DNA of 64,000 nucleotides from a virus. Taxonomy: Duplodnaviria; Caudoviricetes. The stretch covers positions 1 to 64,000 of the IMG/VR virus record IMGVR_UViG_3300032030_000030. The stretch is one strand, 5' to 3'. Under the pieces are notes generated by a model, which saw only the letters and a program-made list of their open reading frames with translations, was not told where the DNA came from and did not search any database. Both the position numbers and the translations under genes were made by a program. Shown here piece after piece: positions 54,689 to 64,000 of the stretch. Every line of letters begins with the position of its first letter. Position 1 is the stretch's first letter.

Positions 54689-54950
54689 CAAAGAGAATGT
54701 ACTGTATTGTAGGGATTGTCTTTCGCTATCCATAAAGGGAGGTCGAGGCATTCCAGATTATTGCACAGAATGTGCATCGACAAACATAGGAGACGCCCCG
54801 ATAAAATCGTGGGTCAAGATGTTTGAAAACACATACGGTTACAACTACTTGCAGGGTAAACCGAAAGTAGAAGACGCATTAGAAGAATATTCAATAAGGA
54901 AAAGAAATGGAATCTACACAAGGCAAAACGGTCAAGATGACCACTCCTAA
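54669..54950 (+). CDS. Zn-ribbon protein
   Basis: YCRDCLSL...YCTECASTNI. Confidence 0.75.
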   Translation: MEPNEFDKENVLYCRDCLSLSIKGGRGIPDYCTECASTNIGDAPIKSWVKMFENTYGYNYLQGKPKVEDALEEYSIRKRNGIYTRQNGQDDHS

Positions 54951-55290
54951 TCAGGAGACTCCTAAGCAGGAGAAAGGCAAGATTTCTTATGAAGACTTGG
55001 AGAGACTTGCATATCAACTTTCAGAGCAGGCTAAGCAGATGAAGGTTGCGATTGAAGAACGCGATAAGGTCATTGACCAGCTGAAACATCAACTTGGTGC
55101 AACCAACAATGTATTCGCAAGGCTTGAGTTTTTGTTTGATGTAATCAAAAACTCGAATGTAAGGTTCGGTGAGACATTTGCACAGCAGTGCGTTGAAGAG
55201 GTTGAGAAGTTGATGGAAATTCCTGAGAATCCTCCAACAGAAAACACAGAAGAGAATGAAGGCAAAGAAGATGCAGTACAAGCCGACTAA
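54907..55290 (+). CDS. hypothetical coiled-coil protein
   Basis: KISYEDLE...ARLEFLFDVI. Confidence 0.75.
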   Translation: MESTQGKTVKMTTPNQETPKQEKGKISYEDLERLAYQLSEQAKQMKVAIEERDKVIDQLKHQLGATNNVFARLEFLFDVIKNSNVRFGETFAQQCVEEVEKLMEIPENPPTENTEENEGKEDAVQAD

Positions 55291-55657
55291 CTGTGTGGTA
55301 ATCAATGTCGGTGAGGGCTTTTTTAAAGCATGGCTTGAATTTCTCGCACCTCTGCATGGACTCACAAACAAAGAAATTGAGATTGCTGCTGAGTTTCTTG
55401 CAAAGAGGTTTGAGATAGCGAAGTCGTGCAATGACAATGCCCTCATCGACAAATTACTTTTTTCGGCAGAAAAGAAAGAGGAAATACGTCAGAAGTTCGA
55501 CATGACAAAGACTTATTTCTATACCGTGATAACGAAGTTCAAACAAAGGGGCTTTATTGTCAACGGCAGATTGAATCCTAAATTTCTTCCGAAAGCAGGA
55601 GTTGACAAGAACATCTATCAATTGCTTGTGGTATTCAATACTAAGGAAGATGACTAA
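55256..55657 (+). CDS. hypothetical protein, possible winged-helix DNA binder
   Basis: LTNKEIEIAA...ITKFKQRGFI. Confidence 0.65.
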   Translation: MKAKKMQYKPTNCVVINVGEGFFKAWLEFLAPLHGLTNKEIEIAAEFLAKRFEIAKSCNDNALIDKLLFSAEKKEEIRQKFDMTKTYFYTVITKFKQRGFIVNGRLNPKFLPKAGVDKNIYQLLVVFNTKEDD

Positions 55658-55943
55658 TGAAGCTATATATAGGGAAGTGGCAAAAAACACTGGATTAGAC
55701 CTTAAAATTGTCAAGGGGGTATATTTGTCTTACTGGGCGTTTATAAGGGACAGAATCCAAGATTTACCGCTAAAAACAATGAATGAGGAAGATTTTGATT
55801 CATATAGAGTAAACTTCTCCATCCCCTATTTTGGCAAGATGTATTTGACAAAGCAACGGTTTAAAAACATAAGAGCAAAATTTGAATATGATACACTTAA
55901 AAAAGATAAGCCCGACATTCACAACAGTGATAACGACGGCTGA
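55650..55943 (+). CDS. IHF/HU-like DNA-binding protein
   Basis: IYREVAKNTGL...FSIPYFGKMY. Confidence 0.65.
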   Translation: MTNEAIYREVAKNTGLDLKIVKGVYLSYWAFIRDRIQDLPLKTMNEEDFDSYRVNFSIPYFGKMYLTKQRFKNIRAKFEYDTLKKDKPDIHNSDNDG

Positions 55944-56295
55944 TGTTTATGACAAAGACCAGTATGAGAATGGTCTTATTGTTGCAAAGAGAGGCACTGT
56001 AATGGAGTTTCAGAAGGTTCTTTACGTCGGTGATACTGTAAAGAACATCAAGGAAGGTGATTTGGTTCACATTGACCCTATCAGGTACGCAGTGTTCTAT
56101 CAAGACCCGAACTCAGTAAAGGCAAACGGTGCTGTAAAATCCTATAATATTCCTCAGTTGGTAATCAATGGTGAAAGGTGTTTTAAAATTACACAGGCTG
56201 ACATTGATTTCATTGTGGACGAATGGGATGAGGCTGACGAGCCAGAGCCAGCATCTATAATCTCTTTGAAGGATGATTTGATTTTGAAAGCGTAA
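55888..56295 (+). CDS. GroES-like fold protein (tentative)
   Basis: VLYVGDTVKNIKEGDLV resembles GroES VLAVG..VKVGDxV. Confidence 0.5.
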   Translation: MIHLKKISPTFTTVITTADVYDKDQYENGLIVAKRGTVMEFQKVLYVGDTVKNIKEGDLVHIDPIRYAVFYQDPNSVKANGAVKSYNIPQLVINGERCFKITQADIDFIVDEWDEADEPEPASIISLKDDLILKA

Positions 56296-56317
56296 TAATC
56301 AACAAAACCTAACTATG

Positions 56318-56342
56318 AGCCGTGTAAACCACGGCTTTTTTT
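56318..56342 (+). terminator. intrinsic terminator
   Basis: AGCCGTG-TAAAC-CACGGCT plus T run. Confidence 0.8.
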
Positions 56343-56345
56343 GAT

Positions 56346-56885
56346 ATGATGAAATTGTTTCGTTTGGTAAATTACGAAGTTACCATTTCTGAAGAAGCAC
56401 TTACACTTGCTAAATTCAGAAAAATCTGGGATAGGGATAGGACGCAAGGAAAGTTGAAAGCGCAGCAAGAGTTGGCGTTCATATACTTTTATGCTGACCC
56501 TCGAAGCGATTATGCTGCAATCATAGACGACGAGGACAGGGAGAAGGAAATAAAGAAAGGATTGGGTCTTAAAGACGATTGGGTTATTGACAGGGACTTG
56601 TCTGCGGCTATTGACTTCTATAAATCTTTCAAGCCTACAATCTGTCTTGCTCTCGATGATGCAAGATTGCAGCTTGAAAAGGTAAGGACAAAACTAAGGA
56701 ACATCAGTCTTGAAGATGTGAAGATTAAGGACATTTCTGATTTTATAAAGGCGAATAGTGATGTTAGCAAGGCTATCGACCTTTTCTGCGAAATTGAAAA
56801 GAAAGTGAACAGGGAAATTCAGGAATCGACCAAGATGAGAGGTGTTGCAGAAAAGAAATTGTTTGACGAAGGAATTGATTTGTAA
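56346..56885 (+). CDS. protein coupled to terminase (possible small subunit)
   Basis: TAATG coupling to TerL; helical. Confidence 0.6.
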   Translation: MMKLFRLVNYEVTISEEALTLAKFRKIWDRDRTQGKLKAQQELAFIYFYADPRSDYAAIIDDEDREKEIKKGLGLKDDWVIDRDLSAAIDFYKSFKPTICLALDDARLQLEKVRTKLRNISLEDVKIKDISDFIKANSDVSKAIDLFCEIEKKVNREIQESTKMRGVAEKKLFDEGIDL

Positions 56886-59161
56886 TGCAAAAGTTTAATC
56901 AGTATCAGACTCAACTGTCTGACGAGGACTTCGAGAAACTTCCACAAGAAGTCAGAGAGCAGTTCATCGAATATATAACGAGTGTTCCTTTAATTAAAAG
57001 CTACATAAGCCTTGAAAGGAAAAGGGCGTGTGATATAGAAAAAGACGAGAAGGGAAGGATAAAGGTCGATATAACACAGCCTCACATTTTAGAGGATATG
57101 GATTATTTCAGACCTGCCGCTTTGTACTATAAGGAACACGGATGTTATACGAATCTTACTCCGAACTCTAATAAGAACTCAGACTATGGTAAATGGATTC
57201 GTGAAGAAATACGCCGTTGCTATTATGGATATGTAAGGCCATCTGACGGCGAATGGATAACAGGAGATTACTATTTCTTTCTTAATTATTGCCCTATCCT
57301 TATTTCGGACGTTGACGATTCTGACGATAAGAAAGGCAAGAAGAAAAGGGCTAAACGTGTGATTGATTTTCCATATGTTTGGGAAGGTCACTATTATCTG
57401 TCTCATTATCTTGAACAGGCAAGAAATAATGGACATCACGCTTGTATGCTCGCAAGACGTGGTGCTGGCAAATCATTCTTTGGTGCTGCAAGATTGGCAA
57501 AGCGATTCATCCTTGGCGAAGATGAAGAGGTGAAGAAAAAGGTACAATGTGTCGTAACTGCAAGCGAAAGGAAATATATCATAGGTGCAAACCAAGTGCT
57601 TGATATGTTTCAGTATTACATCGACTTCTGCGCCAACAATACGCAGTTCCCTGCTGCAAGATTGGAGAACACCGCTCAGAATATGAAATGGACGATGGGA
57701 TTCATCGACCAGACTAATGGCACGAAGAAGGGAACTCTTAATTCTGTAATGGGTATTACCTCGAAAGATGATGAATCAAAACTTATCGGTTCTCGTGGTC
57801 AATTGTATCTGATTGAGGAAATGGGTTCATTCCCAAGGTTGCTTGGTATGTATGCTCGTTTGCGACCGTCAGTAGAGGACGGTGAAAATGTGTTCGGGCA
57901 GATTTATATGTATGGAACAGCAGGTGACGATGAAAGCAACTTTTCATCAGCGCAAGAAATTATGTATAACCCTGTCGGCTACAATATGCAAGCCGTTAAG
58001 AATGTATATGACAAGGAAGGTCAAGGAAGACAATATTTTACTTATTTCTTTCCATCGTATATCAATCGGGCAAACTGTTACGATAAGAATGGTAATTCGG
58101 ACGTAATTAAGGCTTTGATAGAAGTATTGCAAGATAGGTATATCACAAAATACAATACAACCGACATTAACTCTATCGTAAAACGTATATCCGAATATCC
58201 TATCACACCTGCCGAGGCTATACTTAGGGCTAATAAAAACCTATTCCCAGTAGTAGAGTTGAACGAAAGGATAAGTCAAATTGACAATGACCCAGGATTT
58301 TACAATGATACATATGTAGGACATTTCGTACAAGTCAAAGACCATATCGAGTTCAGACCATCGACGGACATTCCAATCAGACAATACCCATTGAACGACA
58401 ACAAAGCGGAAGGTGCGGTTGAAATTTACACTATGCCTCAAAAAAACTCTGATGGCGAAGTTCCTGGAGAACGTTACATTATCGGCTATGACCCTGTTGA
58501 TGATGATGAATCTCAAACAATGTCCTTGACGTCTATGTTTGTTCTTGATTTATGGACAGACAAAATTGTTTGTGAATACACTGGACGTAAAAGACTTGCA
58601 GATGATAACTATGAAATAGTAAGACAGGCTTGTATGTTCTTCAATGCAAAATGTTTGTATGAAAATAACAAGAAGGGCATATACTCTTATTTTGCGCAAA
58701 GGAATTGTCTGTACTTGCTTGCAGAAACACCTGAATATTTAAGAGACAAAGACTTGATAAAAGTCATCGGAATAGGTAATAAGGGCAGGGGTGTTAATGC
58801 TACGCTTGGCATAAACAACTATGCGAACTTGTTGATTCAACAGTGGTTGATAAAGCCTGTGACAAATATTGTCGAAGAAGACGGAGAACAAAAGGAAATA
58901 ACAATATCAAACTTATATAATCTCAAAGGACGCGCTCTGATACTTGAACTCATCAAATTTAACCCAGATGGCAACTTTGACCGAGTAAGAGCATTGGGTA
59001 TGGCTATGTTGTACAGAGAAGAGAAGATGATTTTGTATCAGGGAGATATGAGGAACGCTAATAAAAAAGATACTAAGTATCTTGGGAATGACGAGTTCTT
59101 TGTAAAAAACTATACTAAGCATAAACCAAAACGTAATATGTACTTCAATAATATAGTATAG
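56885..59161 (+). CDS. terL: terminase large subunit
   Basis: ARRGAGKS, LIEEMG, YGTAG, nuclease IIGYDPVD, NFDRV. Confidence 0.95.
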   Translation: MQKFNQYQTQLSDEDFEKLPQEVREQFIEYITSVPLIKSYISLERKRACDIEKDEKGRIKVDITQPHILEDMDYFRPAALYYKEHGCYTNLTPNSNKNSDYGKWIREEIRRCYYGYVRPSDGEWITGDYYFFLNYCPILISDVDDSDDKKGKKKRAKRVIDFPYVWEGHYYLSHYLEQARNNGHHACMLARRGAGKSFFGAARLAKRFILGEDEEVKKKVQCVVTASERKYIIGANQVLDMFQYYIDFCANNTQFPAARLENTAQNMKWTMGFIDQTNGTKKGTLNSVMGITSKDDESKLIGSRGQLYLIEEMGSFPRLLGMYARLRPSVEDGENVFGQIYMYGTAGDDESNFSSAQEIMYNPVGYNMQAVKNVYDKEGQGRQYFTYFFPSYINRANCYDKNGNSDVIKALIEVLQDRYITKYNTTDINSIVKRISEYPITPAEAILRANKNLFPVVELNERISQIDNDPGFYNDTYVGHFVQVKDHIEFRPSTDIPIRQYPLNDNKAEGAVEIYTMPQKNSDGEVPGERYIIGYDPVDDDESQTMSLTSMFVLDLWTDKIVCEYTGRKRLADDNYEIVRQACMFFNAKCLYENNKKGIYSYFAQRNCLYLLAETPEYLRDKDLIKVIGIGNKGRGVNATLGINNYANLLIQQWLIKPVTNIVEEDGEQKEITISNLYNLKGRALILELIKFNPDGNFDRVRALGMAMLYREEKMILYQGDMRNANKKDTKYLGNDEFFVKNYTKHKPKRNMYFNNIV

Positions 59162-59187
59162 TGCTTTTAAGCCGAATGTTTTAAGCA

Positions 59188-59195
59188 TATATTTG
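59188..59195 (+). promoter_or_regulatory. Bacteroidetes sigma -7 element
   Basis: TATATTTG upstream of portal. Confidence 0.55.
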
Positions 59196-59216
59196 CATTG
59201 TTAAAAGGAATTGAAT

Positions 59217-61649
59217 ATGAGCAGTTATGCTGGTCTTCCTCCACAACAGTTGCCGATGAGCAAGAAAGGAAAGGAGTGGAGGAAGAAACATTTGGATTGG
59301 GCTAATTCGAGGTCGTATTTTAATTACAGTCCTGTAAGGAAGTCGTTGGCTGCGATGAAGATAAACTATGATTTAGTCAACGGCATAATCCATATGAAGG
59401 ATATCGAACACGTACTCAACCCTAACGACATTGAGGGATGTTTTATCCCTAACAAAATACAGCACTACCCTATCATCAACTCAAAACTTGGAGTTCTTAG
59501 GGGAGAGGAAGCGAAAAGAAACTTTGATTTCAGGGTTGTTGTAACCAATCCAAACGCTGTTAGCGAAATTGAAAATAACAAAAAGAAGGAAGTCTTTGAG
59601 ATGCTTCAACAGTTCGTTCAGAATCAAGACATGAGCGATGATGAGGCTAATCAACAATTGACCGACATGGACAGGTATTACTCATACGAATGGCAGGATA
59701 TGCGAGAGGTAATGGGTAACGCCCTGTTAAATCATTATATAAAGGAACTTGACATCAAGACAAAGTTCAACGAAGGATTTATGGACGCGCTTACCGTCGG
59801 TGAAGAAATATATAGATGTGATATTGTAAGCGGCGAGCCAACGTTTGAAAGAATTAATCCAGAGAAAATAAGCATTTTCAGAAGCGGTACTTCTGACAAA
59901 GTAGAAGATGCCGACGTTATAATAATAGAAGACTATTTGCCTATAGGCAAGGTATATGATGAGTTTGGAGAGTCCTTGACAAAGAAAGATATGGAACATC
60001 TTGAAAAAGGGCTTTCAAGTTCGGAAGACGCAGATGAAATGGGTAATATTGACGAAAGGGATGGATTTGTCAATATGCACATGATTGGAGATACAATCGC
60101 TACTGACGATACATACTTTGACCCATATAATCTTTTTGGTGCAAACAATCCGAACAATCTTACTCCATTTGATATGGATGGGAATGTGAGGGTTCTACGT
60201 ATGTACTGGAAGTCAAGAAGAAGAATTAAAAAGGTAAAGTCATATGACCCTGAAACGGGTGAAGAACTCTACAATTTTTACAACGAAGACTACATTATAA
60301 ACGAAGACGCAGGCGAAGAAGAAACTGCGTTCTATATAAACGAAGCATGGGAAGGCACTCTTATCGGTAAGAGTATATACGTAAATATGCGTCCAAGACC
60401 AATCCAGTATAACAGACTTTCAAACCCTTCGATATGTCATTTTGGAATTGTAGGTACGATATACAACCGTAATGAATCCAAACCTTATTCCCTTGTGGAT
60501 ATGATGAAACCATACAGTTATATGTATGATGTCATATACGATAGATTGCTCAAGACGGTGGCAAACAACTGGGGTAAGATAATTCAGATGGACTTCGCCA
60601 AAATACCTGACGGATGGACACCTGAGCAATGGATGTACTGGGCTAAGGAAAACAGCATTGCTGTAATTGACTCGTTCAAGGAAGGCAACAAAGGCGCAGC
60701 TACAGGCAAGATATCTGGAGCATTAAATACAAATACTACAGGTGTGATAGACGCAGACCTCAGCCAGGCGATAATGGGCTACATTAACTTACTTGTACAA
60801 ACAAAGGATGAGATGGGAGAAATCTCAGGTATAAGTAAGCAAAGAGAGGGTCAAGTTTCAAACAGAGAAACCGTTGGTGGTGTTGAAAGGGCTACGCTGC
60901 AATCTTCGCATATAACTGAATGGTGGTTTACAAAACACGACAATACAAAGAAAAGATGTCTTGAAGTATTACTTGAAACGGCTAAAATCGCTATCAGGGG
61001 CAAAAGCAAGAAATTCTCATACATTCTTCCTGACTATGCCGTAAAGATGATGGATATAGACGGCAACCTTTTGTCTGAAAACGACTATGGCATCGTAGTA
61101 GATTCTGATGGTGTAGAACTCGACAAGGATAAACTCGAAGCAATTGTTCAGGCAGGCATACAGACACAATCTATGTTGATGTCTACCGCAATGAAGGCAC
61201 TTGGTTCTTCTTCATTGGCTGAGAAGCAAAGGATGATTGAACAGGATGAGCAAATGAGAATGCAACAGCAACAGCAGCAGCAACAAGCTCAGTTACAACA
61301 ACAGCAACAACAGGCTGAACTTCAATTACAGATGCAGCAGGCGCAAATGCAGTTACAGAACGAGATGAACATTAGGGATAATGAGACCAGGCTTCAAATC
61401 GCACAACTGCAAGCCGCAGTAAAAGCAGAACAGGAAATACCTGAAGAGTCTCAGATGACTGAAAAAGAAAGACTTGAAGCAAGTCTCAAGGAAAGAACAT
61501 TGGAAGAGAATAAAAGGCAATTCGATGAGAAGCAGAGGCTTGAGAGAGATAAGTTTAGTTTTGACAGAAGGAAAGCGGAAATCGACAAAGATTTGAAAGA
61601 GAAGCAAATTTCTGTTCAAAGAATGAAGAAAACTTCAAATAGTAATTAA
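59217..61649 (+). CDS. portal protein
   Basis: ~810 aa after TerL; LPPQQLPMSKK, HYPII, GISKQREGQV..RETVGGVER, Q-rich C-terminal helix. Confidence 0.88.
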   Translation: MSSYAGLPPQQLPMSKKGKEWRKKHLDWANSRSYFNYSPVRKSLAAMKINYDLVNGIIHMKDIEHVLNPNDIEGCFIPNKIQHYPIINSKLGVLRGEEAKRNFDFRVVVTNPNAVSEIENNKKKEVFEMLQQFVQNQDMSDDEANQQLTDMDRYYSYEWQDMREVMGNALLNHYIKELDIKTKFNEGFMDALTVGEEIYRCDIVSGEPTFERINPEKISIFRSGTSDKVEDADVIIIEDYLPIGKVYDEFGESLTKKDMEHLEKGLSSSEDADEMGNIDERDGFVNMHMIGDTIATDDTYFDPYNLFGANNPNNLTPFDMDGNVRVLRMYWKSRRRIKKVKSYDPETGEELYNFYNEDYIINEDAGEEETAFYINEAWEGTLIGKSIYVNMRPRPIQYNRLSNPSICHFGIVGTIYNRNESKPYSLVDMMKPYSYMYDVIYDRLLKTVANNWGKIIQMDFAKIPDGWTPEQWMYWAKENSIAVIDSFKEGNKGAATGKISGALNTNTTGVIDADLSQAIMGYINLLVQTKDEMGEISGISKQREGQVSNRETVGGVERATLQSSHITEWWFTKHDNTKKRCLEVLLETAKIAIRGKSKKFSYILPDYAVKMMDIDGNLLSENDYGIVVDSDGVELDKDKLEAIVQAGIQTQSMLMSTAMKALGSSSLAEKQRMIEQDEQMRMQQQQQQQQAQLQQQQQQAELQLQMQQAQMQLQNEMNIRDNETRLQIAQLQAAVKAEQEIPEESQMTEKERLEASLKERTLEENKRQFDEKQRLERDKFSFDRRKAEIDKDLKEKQISVQRMKKTSNSN

Positions 61650-61651
61650 TT

Positions 61652-63712
61652 ATGGGCTATATAAAAAGACTTAAGGAGAACGAGCTTGTAGGTGGCACAT
61701 CTGAAACATTTGTCTATCCTATCACAGCAACAACAGCGGTTTATCACGATGGTGAACCGCTCAGTGATGTGATAACAAGGATGGACATAGAAAATATGCC
61801 TACCGTCGTAAACAATCAAGACGTTACTCTGCAATATGGAGAGAAGTCCATTGTGGCAGTTGTTGGAGAACAAGAGATAACAGTTACGATGCCGCCAGAG
61901 CCAGAGATTCCTGAGCCTGAACCATTGTCTGTCATCAATGGTAATCCTCAACTTGAATATGGCAAACAATCGACTGTTGCTACAATAGATGGAAAAAACA
62001 TCACAGTAACAATGCCGTCTGCTCCACAGCAAGAGACTGTTACAGTTGAAAATAAGAACGCAAATCTACAATATGGTTCTACTGCGACAGTGGCGACAAT
62101 CAACGGAGTTGACGTCAACGTTTCATTACCAGAACCTCCGCCATCGGAAGTGTCTATAGATGCTGTGGACATAGACGTTTACTCCTGGGGCGAACTTGAC
62201 GATTTCATTAATTGGAAGTTAAAAGAGAAGCCGACAGGAGGATATTCGTTCCTATATGCAGTAGGTTTGTCGTTGCATTACAATGGTACAGGAGTATTCA
62301 CAAGAATACATATCAGGGCTGATTTCGGCATAGAAACCGATTTTGAAAATGGAATGTTAAAAGCAATAGACACTCACAATTGCGAAATATATGGACATTC
62401 CCATACATTGTATATGTATAGAACTGTCAATGGCTCAAGGGTAAAAAGTATTTTGTCATTAAAGACTTCGTACTTGAAAATAGAGCAACTTCGTATGATG
62501 AGGCATCCTAACAAAACAGACGTAGACACAGATTCGATTGGAGGTTATATAAAAGTTGGATGCTTTGGTGATAGGACATATCTTGTGTTCAACAAGGTTG
62601 AGTTCTTGAATTTCCCAGTATGTAGCACCAAGCCTATTGCAGCAACAACAGACTCGGATGACATAGGTGTATTGCATCCAGACCCATTTACATTCATTAA
62701 GATTGAGGGTGGTATTTGGCGAAATGGTATAACAACAGGAACTGATTGGTCTGTGAAAATAGAAATGAACGAATGCCAATTTGTTGTGCATCCATTCAGA
62801 TTTAATTACACTGTATTGGATAATCCTTACAGGAATGCGATACTTGCTGCTGATTATAATGAATGCTATGCAAAAGTAATATACACAGGTTATGTAGGCT
62901 CGGTTCAGATGAGGATATATAATCAACAGGCTGGCTCGTCAAAGGTAGGAGATACTCTAAGGCAAACCATTGGATGCGGTAAAATTAGCCTCATCAAACA
63001 ATCTGATGGAGTGATTATACAAGACACGACATTATATTCTGATGGAACAGTAAAACTTTGTTCTGTTGATACAGATACGTTTGACTCTACACAGAATGGA
63101 TTGCTCGATAGGACAAAAAGACTTCGTATTTATTACGGTTTGACACCAGAGACTATCCTAAACATAGAGAATAATAATACTCCGCAAGAAGAAGAGGAGA
63201 CCCAACAGAACGATGGAGTTCCACAAGGTGTAATCGTAATGTGGAGTGGTTATAATGAAAACATACCAATAGGCTGGGCGTTATGTGATGGTCAGACTGT
63301 TGATGGCGTTAAGACTCCTGATTTAAGAGGCAAGTTTATATACGCGGCAGAAGAGAATAGGATTGGAGAACTTGGAGTTGTGGCTAACGCAGAAGGATGG
63401 CACACAGGAGAGCCATCTAACTCTACGTACAAAACGTCATTTACAATGTATGCCAGCGACTTACCACAACACACACACCCGTTAACTACTAATTCTACGT
63501 ATAAAGTTCCTGCTACAAATAAAGGTTTTGAAGATATTAAGAGTTCAGGGAATGGTGCTTGTGCTTGGGATAGCAATTATGGAGATAAGGATTTTGAACT
63601 GATAAACGCGACAAAAGTGAATACAGGTTGTGGTTCTACATCGAAGACATTTACGATTAACATACCGAAACCTTCGTTTTATACACTTGCGTTTATAATG
63701 AAAGTAGTATAA
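61652..63712 (+). CDS. virion fibre-like protein with C-terminal tail-collar domain
   Basis: Three ~40-aa N-terminal repeats; VPQGVIVMWSG..IPIGWALCDG..TPDLRGKFI; ends FYTLAFIMKV. Confidence 0.7.
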   Translation: MGYIKRLKENELVGGTSETFVYPITATTAVYHDGEPLSDVITRMDIENMPTVVNNQDVTLQYGEKSIVAVVGEQEITVTMPPEPEIPEPEPLSVINGNPQLEYGKQSTVATIDGKNITVTMPSAPQQETVTVENKNANLQYGSTATVATINGVDVNVSLPEPPPSEVSIDAVDIDVYSWGELDDFINWKLKEKPTGGYSFLYAVGLSLHYNGTGVFTRIHIRADFGIETDFENGMLKAIDTHNCEIYGHSHTLYMYRTVNGSRVKSILSLKTSYLKIEQLRMMRHPNKTDVDTDSIGGYIKVGCFGDRTYLVFNKVEFLNFPVCSTKPIAATTDSDDIGVLHPDPFTFIKIEGGIWRNGITTGTDWSVKIEMNECQFVVHPFRFNYTVLDNPYRNAILAADYNECYAKVIYTGYVGSVQMRIYNQQAGSSKVGDTLRQTIGCGKISLIKQSDGVIIQDTTLYSDGTVKLCSVDTDTFDSTQNGLLDRTKRLRIYYGLTPETILNIENNNTPQEEEETQQNDGVPQGVIVMWSGYNENIPIGWALCDGQTVDGVKTPDLRGKFIYAAEENRIGELGVVANAEGWHTGEPSNSTYKTSFTMYASDLPQHTHPLTTNSTYKVPATNKGFEDIKSSGNGACAWDSNYGDKDFELINATKVNTGCGSTSKTFTINIPKPSFYTLAFIMKVV

Positions 63713-64000
63713 TGGAAAGAGAAAATTCAAGAGTAGCCTTTTGCTTAGGCGATAAGGTTATGTTCGGAGTCATTTCGGACAACATACCATATACAGCATT
63801 TAACGAATGTATGAAAGTTTACTTGTATAATTCCGTTAAATACTACGAGGTAGTAAAGGGTGAATATTGGATAGATGAAGAAGACCCGTATGTAATACAC
63901 GTAGCAATTCCTCCTGCAAAGACGGAGAAGATGTTACCTGGTGATTATGACCTTGTAATCAAAGGTTGCGTATATGACGTAATTGACAAGGCGGACATTG
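63712..64000 (+). CDS. hypothetical protein, truncated by window end
   Basis: TAATG-coupled ATG, open to the end. Confidence 0.6.
   Translation, partial: MERENSRVAFCLGDKVMFGVISDNIPYTAFNECMKVYLYNSVKYYEVVKGEYWIDEEDPYVIHVAIPPAKTEKMLPGDYDLVIKGCVYDVIDKADI

Noticed and set aside
61262-61350. CAG/CAA repeat in portal gene
   Set aside because: Encodes the Q-rich C-terminal helix common in such portals.
1-64000. CRISPR array, integrase, reverse transcriptase/DGR, introns or inteins
   Set aside because: No regularly spaced repeats or diagnostic motifs seen; TerL, PolB and RNAP frames look uninterrupted.

Overview
This 64 kb window is most of a crAss-like (Crassvirales) Bacteroidetes phage genome. 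It reads in the standard genetic code and nearly all genes are on the + strand. Order: tRNA/structured-RNA cluster (1-1.8 kb); replication genes (DnaB-like helicase, Sak4-like ATPase, SSB-like protein, primase); a four-gene Ubl-like / E2-like / JAB / ThiF-E1 cluster; nucleases, a retropepsin, a degenerate PolB, AAA ATPase, glutaredoxin, dUTPase, paralogous hypothetical families and ThyX; a 3795-aa virion RNA polymerase and a 1558-aa virion protein; a probable early region bracketed by two convergent paralogous SSB-like genes, with NADAR, a long structured non-coding stretch and three copies of a shared upstream motif; a second tRNA cluster with interleaved small ORFs; then IHF-like protein, terminase, portal and a tail-collar-domain protein. 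Best leads: (1) an apparently complete phage-encoded ubiquitin-like conjugation system; (2) four tRNA-shaped RNAs with no usable anticodon loop; (3) a candidate phage-RNAP promoter that also precedes an ~800-nt ORF-free structured RNA. All assignments come from reading motifs by eye; no searches were run.
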